From contig LT962688.1 of assembly GCA_900234795.1 (NCBI GenBank), positions 2,370,001 to 2,402,000 of the forward strand: a stretch of DNA of 32,000 nt, in the 5' to 3' direction. The DNA is from Methylorubrum extorquens. GTDB lineage: Bacteria > Pseudomonadota > Alphaproteobacteria > Rhizobiales > Beijerinckiaceae. The notes below the pieces were generated by a model. The model was not told where the DNA came from, did no database searches, and was given only the letters and a program-made list of their open reading frames with translations. Position numbers and translations under genes: made by a program. Within the stretch, counting starts at the first letter, position 1, and each line of letters begins with the position of its first letter. Below are positions 7,343 to 15,691 of this stretch, one piece after another.

Positions 7343-8605
7343 ATGCGGGCGCTGCCCCCTGATCCCGCCACCGGTGCGCGGGTGCAGCCGATCTACTTCA
7401 CCAACGGCTTCGTCTTCGACTCGACGGAGCAGGCTGCCGACATCTTCGCCATGCGCAAGACCGGCTTCTCCTACTCGCGCGGCTCGAACCCGACGGTCGC
7501 CGCGCTGGAGCGCCGGGTCGCCGCATTGGAGGGCGCCAAGGCGGCGGTCGCCGTCTCGTCCGGGCAGTCGGCGGTTCTGCTGGTGATGATGACGCTGATG
7601 CAGACCGGCGACGCCTACGTCGCATCGCCGCGCCTGTTCGGCGGCTCGCTCGGCCTGATGCGCCGCCTCGAAGGGCGCTACGACCTGACGCCGCAATTCG
7701 CCGCGGACCTGACGCCGGAGGCGTTCGAAGCCGCGATCACGCCGCAGACCAAGGCGATCATCTGCGAGTCGATCGTCAATCCCTGCGCCACGGTGATGGA
7801 TATCGAGGGCATCGCCGCGGTCGCCAAGCGCCACGGCCTGCCGCTCGTCATCGACAACACCCTGGCCTCGCCCGCGCTGATCCGCCCGATCGAGTACGGC
7901 GCCGACATCGTCGTCCACTCGACGTCGAAGTTCCTCGGCGGCTCGGGCCAGGTGATCGGCGGCATGATCTGCGATGCCGGCACCTTCGATTGGAAGGCGC
8001 AGGGCTCGCGTTACAATCTCATCAACGATCCCTGGCCGGACTATGACGGCCTGATCGTCAGCGACCGCTTCCCCGAGATCAGCTTCGCCGTGGCCTGCCG
8101 CCTGTTCGGCCTGCGCGACCTCGGCCCCGGCCTCTCGCCGATGAACGCCTTCCTGACGCTCACCGGCATCGAGACGCTGCCGCTGCGGATGGAGCGCCAC
8201 TGCGCCAACGCCAAGGCGGTTGCGGCCTACCTCAAGGACCATCCGGCGGTGGATTGGGTGAGCTACCCCGCGCTTCCCGGCCAGAAGGGTGAGGCGTTGG
8301 CCAACCGCTACGTGCCGCAGGGCCCGGGCTCGATCTTCACCTTCGCCCTGAAGGGCGGCGAGCCGGCGGCCCTGGCGTTCATCGCGAACCTCGAACTGGT
8401 CTCGCACCTCGTGAACATCGGCGAGATCAAGTCGCTCGTGATCCACCCGGCCACCACGACCCATCGCCAGCTCCGCCCCGAAGAGCGCGCGGCGGCCTGC
8501 GTCGGCCCCGAGACCGTGCGTCTCTCGATCGGCCTGGAGGATCCCGAAGATCTCATCGCCGATATCGAGCAAGCGCTGGCCAAGGTCGGCGCACAGATCG
8601 GCTGA
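7343..8605 (+). CDS. metY: O-acetylhomoserine sulfhydrylase-type Cys/Met-metabolism PLP enzyme; the 5' end is problematic (see findings)
   Basis: Family hallmarks are present: PIYFTNGFVFDS, YSRGSNPT, VHSTSKFLGG (PLP lysine), and the MetY-type insertion ...DAGTFDWKAQGSRYNLIND.... The first in-frame ATG is at 7343 (MRALPPDPATGAR...). The conserved upstream peptide is encoded out of frame. Confidence 0.85.
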   Translation: MRALPPDPATGARVQPIYFTNGFVFDSTEQAADIFAMRKTGFSYSRGSNPTVAALERRVAALEGAKAAVAVSSGQSAVLLVMMTLMQTGDAYVASPRLFGGSLGLMRRLEGRYDLTPQFAADLTPEAFEAAITPQTKAIICESIVNPCATVMDIEGIAAVAKRHGLPLVIDNTLASPALIRPIEYGADIVVHSTSKFLGGSGQVIGGMICDAGTFDWKAQGSRYNLINDPWPDYDGLIVSDRFPEISFAVACRLFGLRDLGPGLSPMNAFLTLTGIETLPLRMERHCANAKAVAAYLKDHPAVDWVSYPALPGQKGEALANRYVPQGPGSIFTFALKGGEPAALAFIANLELVSHLVNIGEIKSLVIHPATTTHRQLRPEERAAACVGPETVRLSIGLEDPEDLIADIEQALAKVGAQIG

Positions 8606-8612
8606 GGCCGCG

Positions 8613-9161
8613 ATGGGACGGCGCGGGCGCATCGCTGCGGTGATCGGCGGCCTCGCCGTCCTCGGCGCCGGTGCCGTCGTCCTCGCCGACTTCTCGCAAG
8701 TCGGCCGCACCGAGCCCCCGCTGGTGGCCGAGGCCGAGCGCGCCGACCGCATCCTCGTGGAGAAGGCGGCGCGCCGCCTGACCCTGCTGCGCGAGGGCCG
8801 TGTGCTCGCGACCTACCCCATCTCCCTCGGCTTCGCGCCGGAGGGCCATAAGGCGCGCGAAGGCGACGGGCGCACGCCCGAGGGCGTCTATGCAGTCGCG
8901 TTCCGCAATTCGCGCAGCGTCGCCCATCTCTCGCTCAAGGTGTCCTACCCCTCCCCGGCCGACGCGGCGGCGGCGCAGGCCGGTGGCTATTCGCCCGTTG
9001 GCGACATCATGATCCACGGACTGATGAACGGCTTCTCCTGGCTCGGCCGCCTGCACCGGCTGAAGGATTGGACCCAGGGCTGCGTCGGCGTCACCAACGC
9101 CGAGATGCGCGCGATCTACGCCCGCGTCGATCTGGGCACGCCCATCGAGATCAGGCCCTGA
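8613..9161 (+). CDS. L,D-transpeptidase family protein (YkuD-like catalytic domain)
   Basis: 182 aa with an N-terminal hydrophobic anchor (IAAVIGGLAVLGAGAVVLA). The catalytic region reads ...GDIMIHG...DWTQGCVGVTN (His...Cys motif). It starts 8 nt after the metY stop. Confidence 0.85.
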   Translation: MGRRGRIAAVIGGLAVLGAGAVVLADFSQVGRTEPPLVAEAERADRILVEKAARRLTLLREGRVLATYPISLGFAPEGHKAREGDGRTPEGVYAVAFRNSRSVAHLSLKVSYPSPADAAAAQAGGYSPVGDIMIHGLMNGFSWLGRLHRLKDWTQGCVGVTNAEMRAIYARVDLGTPIEIRP

Positions 9162-9670
9162 ACGTCGTCGCGTCCGCGACCGCCTCGACGGATCGACAAA
9201 AAGGGTGGACGCTCGGCGCGGGGGATCGTCTGTCGAGCGAGCCCATTCGGACCGATCTCGGCGCTCGAAAATTCTCGTGTCGAAACTATTCGGCGCGCAT
9301 ACGCCGTCTCGGCAAGCATTGTAAGGTCGTTTGAATTCGAAACAACCGCCATATCCGTTGTTTTCAGGTCAGGCGAACATCGAGAGTGCATGGGCTGGTT
9401 CGACGCGACGAGAAAATCAATACACCAATCATGTTGCTCAGGAGATCACGAGAGGTCGATTTCAAAGCTGGATGATGCCGATTGCAACCTCCGGCTGAAG
9501 AAGTTTTGGCGAGTGGCCGTTCCGATCGGCTGAAAGCAGATTACGACAAATCGTGGGGCGGATCTCTTAATCCTCTCGTTAAGACATTTCATTTATCAAT
9601 TTTTTGTCAGCAGACCTGGGTGATCCGTGCGCGGCGGACATTTCAGCATTTTACGCGCCTTACCCGTCCG

Positions 9671-11356
9671 ATGCGCTTCTCTCTCAAAGCTGCTCTCATC
9701 GCCCTGTTCGGTGGGCTCACGCTCATTACGATCGGCCAGGGGGTGGTCTCCCTGATGGAGCTGTCGTCGATCCGCCGAGGTGTCGATGCGGTCGCCACCA
9801 ACTGGCTTCCGTCCGTCCTCGCCGTCAACGAGATGGGGACGGCTGCAAGCCAGATGCGCCTGCGGCAGTATCGGACCGTCACGACCTCCACCGATCCCGA
9901 GACGTTGGCGGCGAACCGGAGCAACTACGAACGGGCGCTGAGCGACATGGCGGCGGCGCGCAAGCGCTACGAGCCCCTGATCTCGTCCCCGGAAGAACGT
10001 GCGCTCTACACGCAGTTTTCGGAGCTGTGGTCCCGCTACGATGAGGCGAGCCGCCGTATCATCGCGATGATGGAGCGGGGCGAGCAGCGGGAAGCCATGG
10101 CGGAACTGGTCGGGCCCGGCCTGCTCTCGTTGTACAGCCAATCGAGCGACCTGATCACCCGCGCGATCACCCTCAATCGCGACGGCTCCACGCGCGACGC
10201 GTCGACCGCGGTCGGCAATGTCGAGACTGCTTCGATCGTTGCGAGTGTCACGATGGCGGTCGCCGTGCTCGTCGCCCTGTTTGCGATGGCGTTCGGCTTC
10301 CTGCGGATCTCGCGGCCGATCACCGGCATCACCGGCATGATGGGCGCGCTCGCCGCCGGGGACGTCGAGACGCCGGTGCCGTACCGTCAGCGCCGGGACG
10401 AAGTCGGCGCGATGGCGGCCGCCGTCCAAGTGTTCAAGGACAACCTGATCCGCACCCGCGCCCTGGAAGCCGAGACGGCGCTCGCCCGCGCTTCGGCCGA
10501 GGAGCAGCGGAAGGCGGCGATGCGGTCGATGGCCGACAGCTTCGAGGCCGCAATCGGCGGGATCATCGGCACCGTGACCTCGGCGGCGACCGAGTTGCAG
10601 GCCACGGCCCAGAGCATGTCGGGGACCGCGACCGAAACAGCCTCCCAGTCGATCACCGTGGCGTCCGCCGCCGAGGAGGCGGCGACCAATGTAGGGACCG
10701 TCGCGGCCGCAGCGGAAGAACTCGGCACCTCCGTGCACGAGATCGGCCGGCAGGTGGCCACTTCGTCCGAACTCGCCCAGGCCGCGGTCGGCGAAGCCGA
10801 CCAGACCGCGGGGCTGGTCCAGAACCTGTCGAGCGCGGCCGCCAAGATCGGCGACGTGGTGTCGATGATCTCGTCGATCGCCGGACAGACCAACCTGCTC
10901 GCGCTCAATGCAACCATCGAGGCGGCGCGGGCCGGCGAAGCCGGGCGCGGCTTCGCGGTGGTCGCGGCGGAGGTGAAGGAACTCGCCAACCAGACCGCCC
11001 GGGCGACCAGCGAGATCGCACAGCAGATCGGCACGATCCAGAGCGCGACCGATCAGGCGGTCTCGGCCATCGGCGGCATTTCCGGCCGCATCCGCGAGAT
11101 CAACGGCGTTGCCGCCGGCATCGCGGCGGCGGTCGAGCAGCAGGGCGCGGCGACGCAGGAGATCGTGCGCAACGTCGCCCAGGCCTCGACCGGAACGGCC
11201 GAGGTGACGAGCAACATCGCCGGCGTTGCCCGCGCCTCCGAAGAGACTGGCGCGGCGGCGAGCCAAGTGCTCGGCGCGGCGTCCGAATTGTCGCGTCAGT
11301 CCGAGCAGCTCTCAGCGGAGGTGAGCCGCTTCCTCGCGACCGTGCGGGCGGCATAG
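9671..11356 (+). CDS. Methyl-accepting chemotaxis protein (4-helix-bundle sensor, HAMP, MA signalling domain)
   Basis: The start is set at ATG 9671 ([24 protein letters not shown]1) rather than track TTG 9482. A second TM is followed by HAMP ([18 protein letters not shown]...), and the highly conserved hairpin tip is [34 protein letters not shown]. Confidence 0.93.
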   Translation: MRFSLKAALIALFGGLTLITIGQGVVSLMELSSIRRGVDAVATNWLPSVLAVNEMGTAASQMRLRQYRTVTTSTDPETLAANRSNYERALSDMAAARKRYEPLISSPEERALYTQFSELWSRYDEASRRIIAMMERGEQREAMAELVGPGLLSLYSQSSDLITRAITLNRDGSTRDASTAVGNVETASIVASVTMAVAVLVALFAMAFGFLRISRPITGITGMMGALAAGDVETPVPYRQRRDEVGAMAAAVQVFKDNLIRTRALEAETALARASAEEQRKAAMRSMADSFEAAIGGIIGTVTSAATELQATAQSMSGTATETASQSITVASAAEEAATNVGTVAAAAEELGTSVHEIGRQVATSSELAQAAVGEADQTAGLVQNLSSAAAKIGDVVSMISSIAGQTNLLALNATIEAARAGEAGRGFAVVAAEVKELANQTARATSEIAQQIGTIQSATDQAVSAIGGISGRIREINGVAAGIAAAVEQQGAATQEIVRNVAQASTGTAEVTSNIAGVARASEETGAAASQVLGAASELSRQSEQLSAEVSRFLATVRAA

Positions 11357-11486
11357 CAAGGCCCGAACCAGCACACCGATTGGGGATTCGTGAGGAAGAG
11401 GTCGCCTTCGGGCGGCCTCTTCCCATATGCGCCTGCCATGAGTGCCCGCGTTGAACCCAAGACGCGAAACCCCACGGGAGACCGCC

Positions 11487-12500
11487 ATGCGCGCCTACGA
11501 GATGTCCGCCGCCGCCGGCCTCGACAGTTGGAAGCGTGCCGAGCGCCCGACGCCCGAACCGGGCCGCGGGCAGGTTCTGGTGCGGATGCGTGCCGCCTCC
11601 CTCAACTACCGCGATCTGCTGATCTGCCAGGGCCGCTACCCGTTCGCGGTCAATCTCGACCGGCTGATCCCGCTCTCGGACGGGGCGGGTGAGATCGTGG
11701 CGCTCGGCGCCGGCGTGCGCCGCTTCATCGGCGGCGAGCGGGTCGCCGGGATCTTCTCCCAGAGCTGGCTCGGCGGCGCGCAGGTGGCCGACACGTGGCA
11801 GACCGCGCTCGGCGGCGCCATCGACGGGGTGCTGACCGAGTATCAGGTGTTCGACGAGGACGGGCTCGTCACGCTGCCCGATCATCTCAGTTTCGAGGAA
11901 GGGGCGACGCTGCCCTGCGCAGCGGTGACCGCCTGGAACGCACTCTACGGGCTCAAGCCCCTTCGGGCCGGCGAGACGGTGCTGACGCTCGGCACCGGCG
12001 GCGTCTCGATCTTCGCGATCCAACTCGCCCACGCGGCCGGTGCGCGGGTCATCGCCACCTCGTCGAGCGATGCCAAGCTGGAGAAGGCCCGCGCGCTCGG
12101 CGCGCACGACACCATCAACTACCGCACCCATCCCGATTGGGAGAGCGAGGTGCGCCGGCTGACCGGCGGAACCGGGGTCGATCACGTCGTCGAGGTCGGC
12201 GGCACCGGGACGCTCCCGCGCTCCATCGCCTCGACCCGGCCCGGCGGGCATATCGGCTTGATCGGCCTGCTGGCCCAGGGCGAGGCGATCGACCCGCTGG
12301 CGATCCTCGGCGCGAGCTGCATCGTGCGCGGCGTCGCCGTCGGCCCGCGGGAGATGTTCGAGGACATGAATCGCTCGATCGCCCTGCACGGGATCAAGCC
12401 GGTGATCGACCGGGTCTATGGTTTCGACGAGGCGCCGGCGGCCCTCAAAGCCCTGGCCGAGGCCGGGCATGTCGGCAAGATCGTGATCCGGATCGATTGA
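11487..12500 (+). CDS. NAD(P)-dependent MDR-family oxidoreductase (quinone oxidoreductase / alcohol dehydrogenase-like)
   Basis: ATG 11487 is preceded by GGGAG (11476-11480). The GroES-like N-terminus reads GQVLVRMRAASLNYRDLL, and the Rossmann motif is LTLGTGGVSIFAIQLA. Confidence 0.85.
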   Translation: MRAYEMSAAAGLDSWKRAERPTPEPGRGQVLVRMRAASLNYRDLLICQGRYPFAVNLDRLIPLSDGAGEIVALGAGVRRFIGGERVAGIFSQSWLGGAQVADTWQTALGGAIDGVLTEYQVFDEDGLVTLPDHLSFEEGATLPCAAVTAWNALYGLKPLRAGETVLTLGTGGVSIFAIQLAHAAGARVIATSSSDAKLEKARALGAHDTINYRTHPDWESEVRRLTGGTGVDHVVEVGGTGTLPRSIASTRPGGHIGLIGLLAQGEAIDPLAILGASCIVRGVAVGPREMFEDMNRSIALHGIKPVIDRVYGFDEAPAALKALAEAGHVGKIVIRID

Positions 12501-12529
12501 TGCTCGGGCGTCGGGGGAGAAGGCGGGTG

Positions 12530-12871
12530 ATGCGCGCAGGGGTCGGACGGGGACTGCTCGCAGCGCTCGTGTTGCCGGTGGCAGCGAGCGCTGCGGACGT
12601 CACGACGGTGCGGACCGAGACCTTCCCCCGACCGCCCTATTCCGGGGCGACCTATTACGTCTACGAGCGGGCGGGCCAGACGATCTGCACCAAGCTCGCC
12701 GTGTGCAACAAGTTCGACCAGTGCGAGACCAGCTACGTCCCCGGCGCCTTTCGCGCGCCCGAGGACACCGCCACCGGAGATCCCTACGGGACCACGCCTG
12801 CGGTGCCGATCGCGCCCGCCTCGCTCGCCAAGCATGTCTGCCTGACGCGGTTCGGACTGGTGCAGCGGTAG
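12530..12871 (+). CDS. Small secreted cysteine-containing protein, function unknown
   Basis: This is the 3' end of track ORF 11795..12871. ATG 12530 follows GGAGAAGG. The signal peptide is MRAGVGRGLLAALVLPVAASA|AD, and the mature part has 4 Cys. No family is recognised. Confidence 0.5.
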   Translation: MRAGVGRGLLAALVLPVAASAADVTTVRTETFPRPPYSGATYYVYERAGQTICTKLAVCNKFDQCETSYVPGAFRAPEDTATGDPYGTTPAVPIAPASLAKHVCLTRFGLVQR

Positions 12872-12874
12872 GCC

Positions 12875-13612
12875 CTACGCCTCGTCGGTCGTGCGAGCCT
12901 TCCGGTTCAACGCCCGCAGCGCCCCGCGGAAGGTGCGCACGTCCTGCTCGGACATCGCCATGCGGTGGAGCATGTCGCGCATGTTGCGGGCGATGATCTC
13001 CTGCTTCTCCGGCGGGTAGAAGCCGGCCCCCGCCAACGTCTCCTCCAGGCTCGCGAACAGCGAGAGCATTGCTTCGCGAGTGGCGGGTGGCGAGAGCATC
13101 TCGCCGGAGAAGCGAAGGGTGGCGAGACCGGCGGCGCGGCGCCACTCATAGCCCATCAGCAGCACGGCCTGAGCGAGGTTGAGCGAGGGGAACTCGTCCG
13201 TCACCGGGAAGGTGACGATGGCGTCGGCCAGCGACACCTCGTCGTTGCTCAAGCCCACCCGCTCGCGTCCGAACATCAGCCCGATCCGCTCACCGTGACC
13301 GATCCGCTCGGCGGTGGCCGTCATGGCGTCCTCGGGGGCGAAGACGCGCTTCATCTGCCCGCGCTCGCGGGCGGTGGTGGCGAGGAGAAACTGCAGGTCG
13401 GCGATGGCCTCCGGCAGCGTGGCGTAGACCTTGGCCCCATCGAGCACGTAAGTCGCGCCGGAGGCCGCCTCGCGCACGCCCTTCTTCGGCCAGCCGTTCT
13501 TGGGCGCCACGAGACGCAACTCTGACAGGCCGAAATTCGCCATGGCGCGGGCGGTCATGCCGATATTCTCGGCAAGTTGCGGCTCGACCAGGATGACGAC
13601 GGGGGCGCTCAT
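12875..13612 (-). CDS. trmJ: tRNA (cytidine/uridine-2'-O)-methyltransferase TrmJ-like (SpoU/TrmH class)
   Basis: The start is set at ATG 13612 (MSAPVVILVEPQLAENIGMTARAM...). Conserved blocks LMFGRERVGLSNDE and SLNLAQAVLLMGYEW closely parallel E. coli TrmJ as I recall it. Confidence 0.85.
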   Translation of the reverse strand: MSAPVVILVEPQLAENIGMTARAMANFGLSELRLVAPKNGWPKKGVREAASGATYVLDGAKVYATLPEAIADLQFLLATTARERGQMKRVFAPEDAMTATAERIGHGERIGLMFGRERVGLSNDEVSLADAIVTFPVTDEFPSLNLAQAVLLMGYEWRRAAGLATLRFSGEMLSPPATREAMLSLFASLEETLAGAGFYPPEKQEIIARNMRDMLHRMAMSEQDVRTFRGALRALNRKARTTDEA

Positions 13613-13643
13613 GGCCGCCCTCTCGCACGCCACGATCACAGCC

Positions 13644-13940
13644 TCAATCCGGGAAGAGCAGCGATTCCCAATCCCGCACCCCACTCATGACGTGCAGGAT
13701 CTCAATCCGCTCGCCGCGCACCCGGTAGAAGATGAGGTAGGAACTGTAGGAGCGCCGCCGGACGCCGCTGTCGGCGTAAAGCGGAACCAGCGGGAAGCCT
13801 TCGGGAAATTCGGCGAGCCGGAGGCACCGCTCGACCAGTTCGGTGACGAAGCTGACAGCCCGGCGCGGATTGTCCTGGGCAATGAAGTCGCCGATACGCT
13901 CCAGATCGGCTTCAGCCTCGGCGGTGAAGACGACGATCAT
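13644..13940 (-). CDS. parE: Type II toxin, ParE/RelE family
   Basis: 98 aa. The sequence MIVVFTAEAEADLERIGDFIAQDNPRRAVSFV...YLIFYRVRGERIEILHVMSG shows the typical ParE pattern. It overlaps the upstream antitoxin gene by ATGA. Confidence 0.85.
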   Translation of the reverse strand: MIVVFTAEAEADLERIGDFIAQDNPRRAVSFVTELVERCLRLAEFPEGFPLVPLYADSGVRRRSYSSYLIFYRVRGERIEILHVMSGVRDWESLLFPD

Positions 13941-14197
13941 GCATCCGGGCCGGACAGCTTTTCGTATTTGGCGATCAACCGTGCCCTGACGTCTTCGGCC
14001 GGCGTCACCCGGTCGGCGTCGGCATCGGCGGCACCACGGGCCAGGGCCGCATCAAGCAGAGACAGGCGCTTCTCGCGCTCTTCGACCAAGCGCACGCCCT
14101 CGCGAAGAACCTCGCTTCGGGAGCGGTAGCGGCCCTCTTTCACGAGCGACGTGACATAGCTTTCGAGGCGGGTTCCGAGGTCGGCGCTGCTCGGCAT
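13937..14197 (-). CDS. parD: Type II antitoxin, ParD family
   Basis: 86 aa. The sequence ...LESYVTSLVKEGRYRSRSEVLREGVRLVEEREKRL... is typical ParD (COG3609-like). GGGAG lies upstream of ATG 14197. The 4-nt ATGA overlap with parE is at 13937-13940. Confidence 0.85.
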   Translation of the reverse strand: MPSSADLGTRLESYVTSLVKEGRYRSRSEVLREGVRLVEEREKRLSLLDAALARGAADADADRVTPAEDVRARLIAKYEKLSGPDA

Positions 14198-14229
14198 CGT
14201 CGCTGCTCCCGTCGCTGCGGAAGGGGGAG

Positions 14230-14242
14230 GATAACTGTTATC
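14230..14242. promoter_or_regulatory. Palindromic candidate parDE operator
   Basis: GATAAC-T-GTTATC is a perfect 6-1-6 palindrome, 33-45 nt upstream of the parD start. Autoregulation by ParD at such a site is the usual arrangement; that is inference here. Confidence 0.5.
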
Positions 14243-14303
14243 AGTCGCGGCGCCAACAGAACCGCGCCGCCGGCAGGGCCGACGGCGCGATCCTCCAAAA
14301 GAT

Positions 14304-14852
14304 TCAGATCTTACCGTCGAGGCCCATCTGGTAGTATTTATGGACGATCTTGTCCTGGTTCTCGAGGAGCCAGTCGATCGAGGGCTCGTTGGTCATGGCC
14401 TTGCGGATCGCCTCGGTCATACCCTTGCGCTGGATCTCGAACAGCGCCTTGTGATCGACGGTCTCGGCCTGGATCACGCCCGGGCTGAGCCAGACCGAGC
14501 AGATGATGCCGAGGTCGTTGGCCTTCTCCTTGGGGATGTAGCCGGCCCGCACCGCGTCGAGCACGCCGTTGGCGATGGCGTATTGCACCGTGCCCATCAG
14601 GATCGAGGTGTACTTGTTCTCGGTCACGCTCACCTTGGAGACGCACAGCGTCACCGGGCGGACCATGATGTCGGTGTTCAGGAGCGCGAAGACGCGGCTG
14701 TGGCCGACGACTTGATCGCCGGTTAGGGTGGCGAGCGCGGTGCCGACCGGCCCGTCGAGCTCGCCGATGATGACCTCGGGCTCGGACGCCGTGTTGGGCG
14801 GGCCGCCCGCAACGAGGGCCTCGCCGGCGCGCAGGATGATGCGGTCGCTCAT
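14304..14852 (-). CDS. Formaldehyde-activating enzyme (Fae) family paralogue
   Basis: ATG 14852 is preceded by GAGGAAGGA. The 182-aa sequence ...LRAGEALVAGG...VIIGE...GH...VRPVTL...KVSV...GTVQYAIANGVLDAVRAGYIPKEKANDL... follows the Fae pattern (GEALVGDG...IIGP...KVT...GPAQ...AV.DAV..G.IP). It diverges at the AHIDL signature and has an extra C-terminal tail. Confidence 0.8.
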   Translation of the reverse strand: MSDRIILRAGEALVAGGPPNTASEPEVIIGELDGPVGTALATLTGDQVVGHSRVFALLNTDIMVRPVTLCVSKVSVTENKYTSILMGTVQYAIANGVLDAVRAGYIPKEKANDLGIICSVWLSPGVIQAETVDHKALFEIQRKGMTEAIRKAMTNEPSIDWLLENQDKIVHKYYQMGLDGKI

Positions 14853-15034
14853 GGTGTGTCCTTCCTCGTGATCGGCCGTTTTTCTTGACGCGCGGGTCGT
14901 CGCAGCGGCAGCCGGGTTTGTCCAGGCCACATAGCGCGGCCGTGGCGTGCGCTCTTGTGCGGGAGCGACACTCGCTTTGGCTGGTGACCGCGCCGGGTGG
15001 CCGTGGCGTGCCGCCTCGTTTATGCCCGCCACCC

Positions 15035-15547
15035 ATGACGGAGACCGGAAACGACCGCGACGGCCTGCGCTACACCGTGGCGCTGATCGAGATCCAGGGC
15101 GGGCTGGTGGGCCTGTGGGCCTTCCTGCACGACCTGATGCAGACCGGTGCCGCGGTGCCGCTGACCTTGCTGCCCGGCGTGCTGTTCATCGGGCTGGTGC
15201 TGGCGGCGAGCGTCGTCGCGGGCGTGGCGCTTTGGCAGGACCGGCGTCTGGGCTACACCCTCTCCGTTCCGGTGCAGCTCGCCCAGGTGATCTGGCTCGT
15301 GAGCGCGGGCCTCACCGTCCGCATCTCGGCCAGCGGCTGGCTGCTGGCCGACGTGTTTCTCCGCGCGCCGGCGGAGGGCGGGCTCGTGCTCGGCTGGCAG
15401 TTCGATGCGGCACGTAAGGGCGGCTACGCCCTCTCGCTGGCCCCGCGGGAGGATTTCACCCTCGCGCTGAACCTGATCGCCCTCGCCATCCTGATCTGGC
15501 TCGGATTTCGCCTGCGCGGCCTACTGCCGTTCCGCAGGGGCGGGTAA
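15035..15547 (+). CDS. Integral membrane protein, function unknown
   Basis: This is the 3' part of track ORF 14885..15547, from ATG 15035 (MTETGNDRDG...). About 4 hydrophobic segments are visible (e.g. LLPGVLFIGLVLAASVVAGVALW, LALNLIALAILIWLGF). It is divergent from the Fae-like gene. Confidence 0.55.
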   Translation: MTETGNDRDGLRYTVALIEIQGGLVGLWAFLHDLMQTGAAVPLTLLPGVLFIGLVLAASVVAGVALWQDRRLGYTLSVPVQLAQVIWLVSAGLTVRISASGWLLADVFLRAPAEGGLVLGWQFDAARKGGYALSLAPREDFTLALNLIALAILIWLGFRLRGLLPFRRGG

Positions 15548-15586
15548 CAGTTTCGCGCATCCGAAACAGGCTGCCCGAGCCCGGCT

Positions 15587-15614
15587 TTGTCGCCTTGCTG
15601 CGCTGCGTTATAGG
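15587..15614 (+). promoter_or_regulatory. Candidate sigma70-type promoter for icd
   Basis: TTGTCG (15587-15592), a 16-nt spacer, then TATAGG (15609-15614), about 80 nt upstream of icd ATG 15692. This is a motif match only. Confidence 0.25.
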
Positions 15615-15691
15615 GGCGGCGACAGGGTTCCGGAGAGACGCGCGAAGGGCAGCCGGCCGGGCGCGCGGCACCGGGCAACTGAGGGACCGAC

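Noticed and set aside
7136-8752. 538-aa - strand ORF over the metY-like gene
   Set aside because: It is an antisense shadow of a PLP enzyme gene and has no recognisable domain.
9596-11266. 556-aa - strand ORF over the MCP gene
   Set aside because: It is an antisense shadow. The + strand encodes the highly conserved MCP signalling hairpin.
11100-12470. 456-aa - strand ORF over the MDR oxidoreductase gene
   Set aside because: It is an antisense shadow ORF. The + strand has Rossmann and GroES-like motifs and a good ribosome-binding site.
14247-14270. 7-bp GC hairpin (GCGGCGC/GCGCCGC) downstream of the Fae-like gene as an intrinsic terminator
   Set aside because: The stem is short with a 10-nt loop and no U-tract on the relevant strand, so it is not strong enough to annotate.
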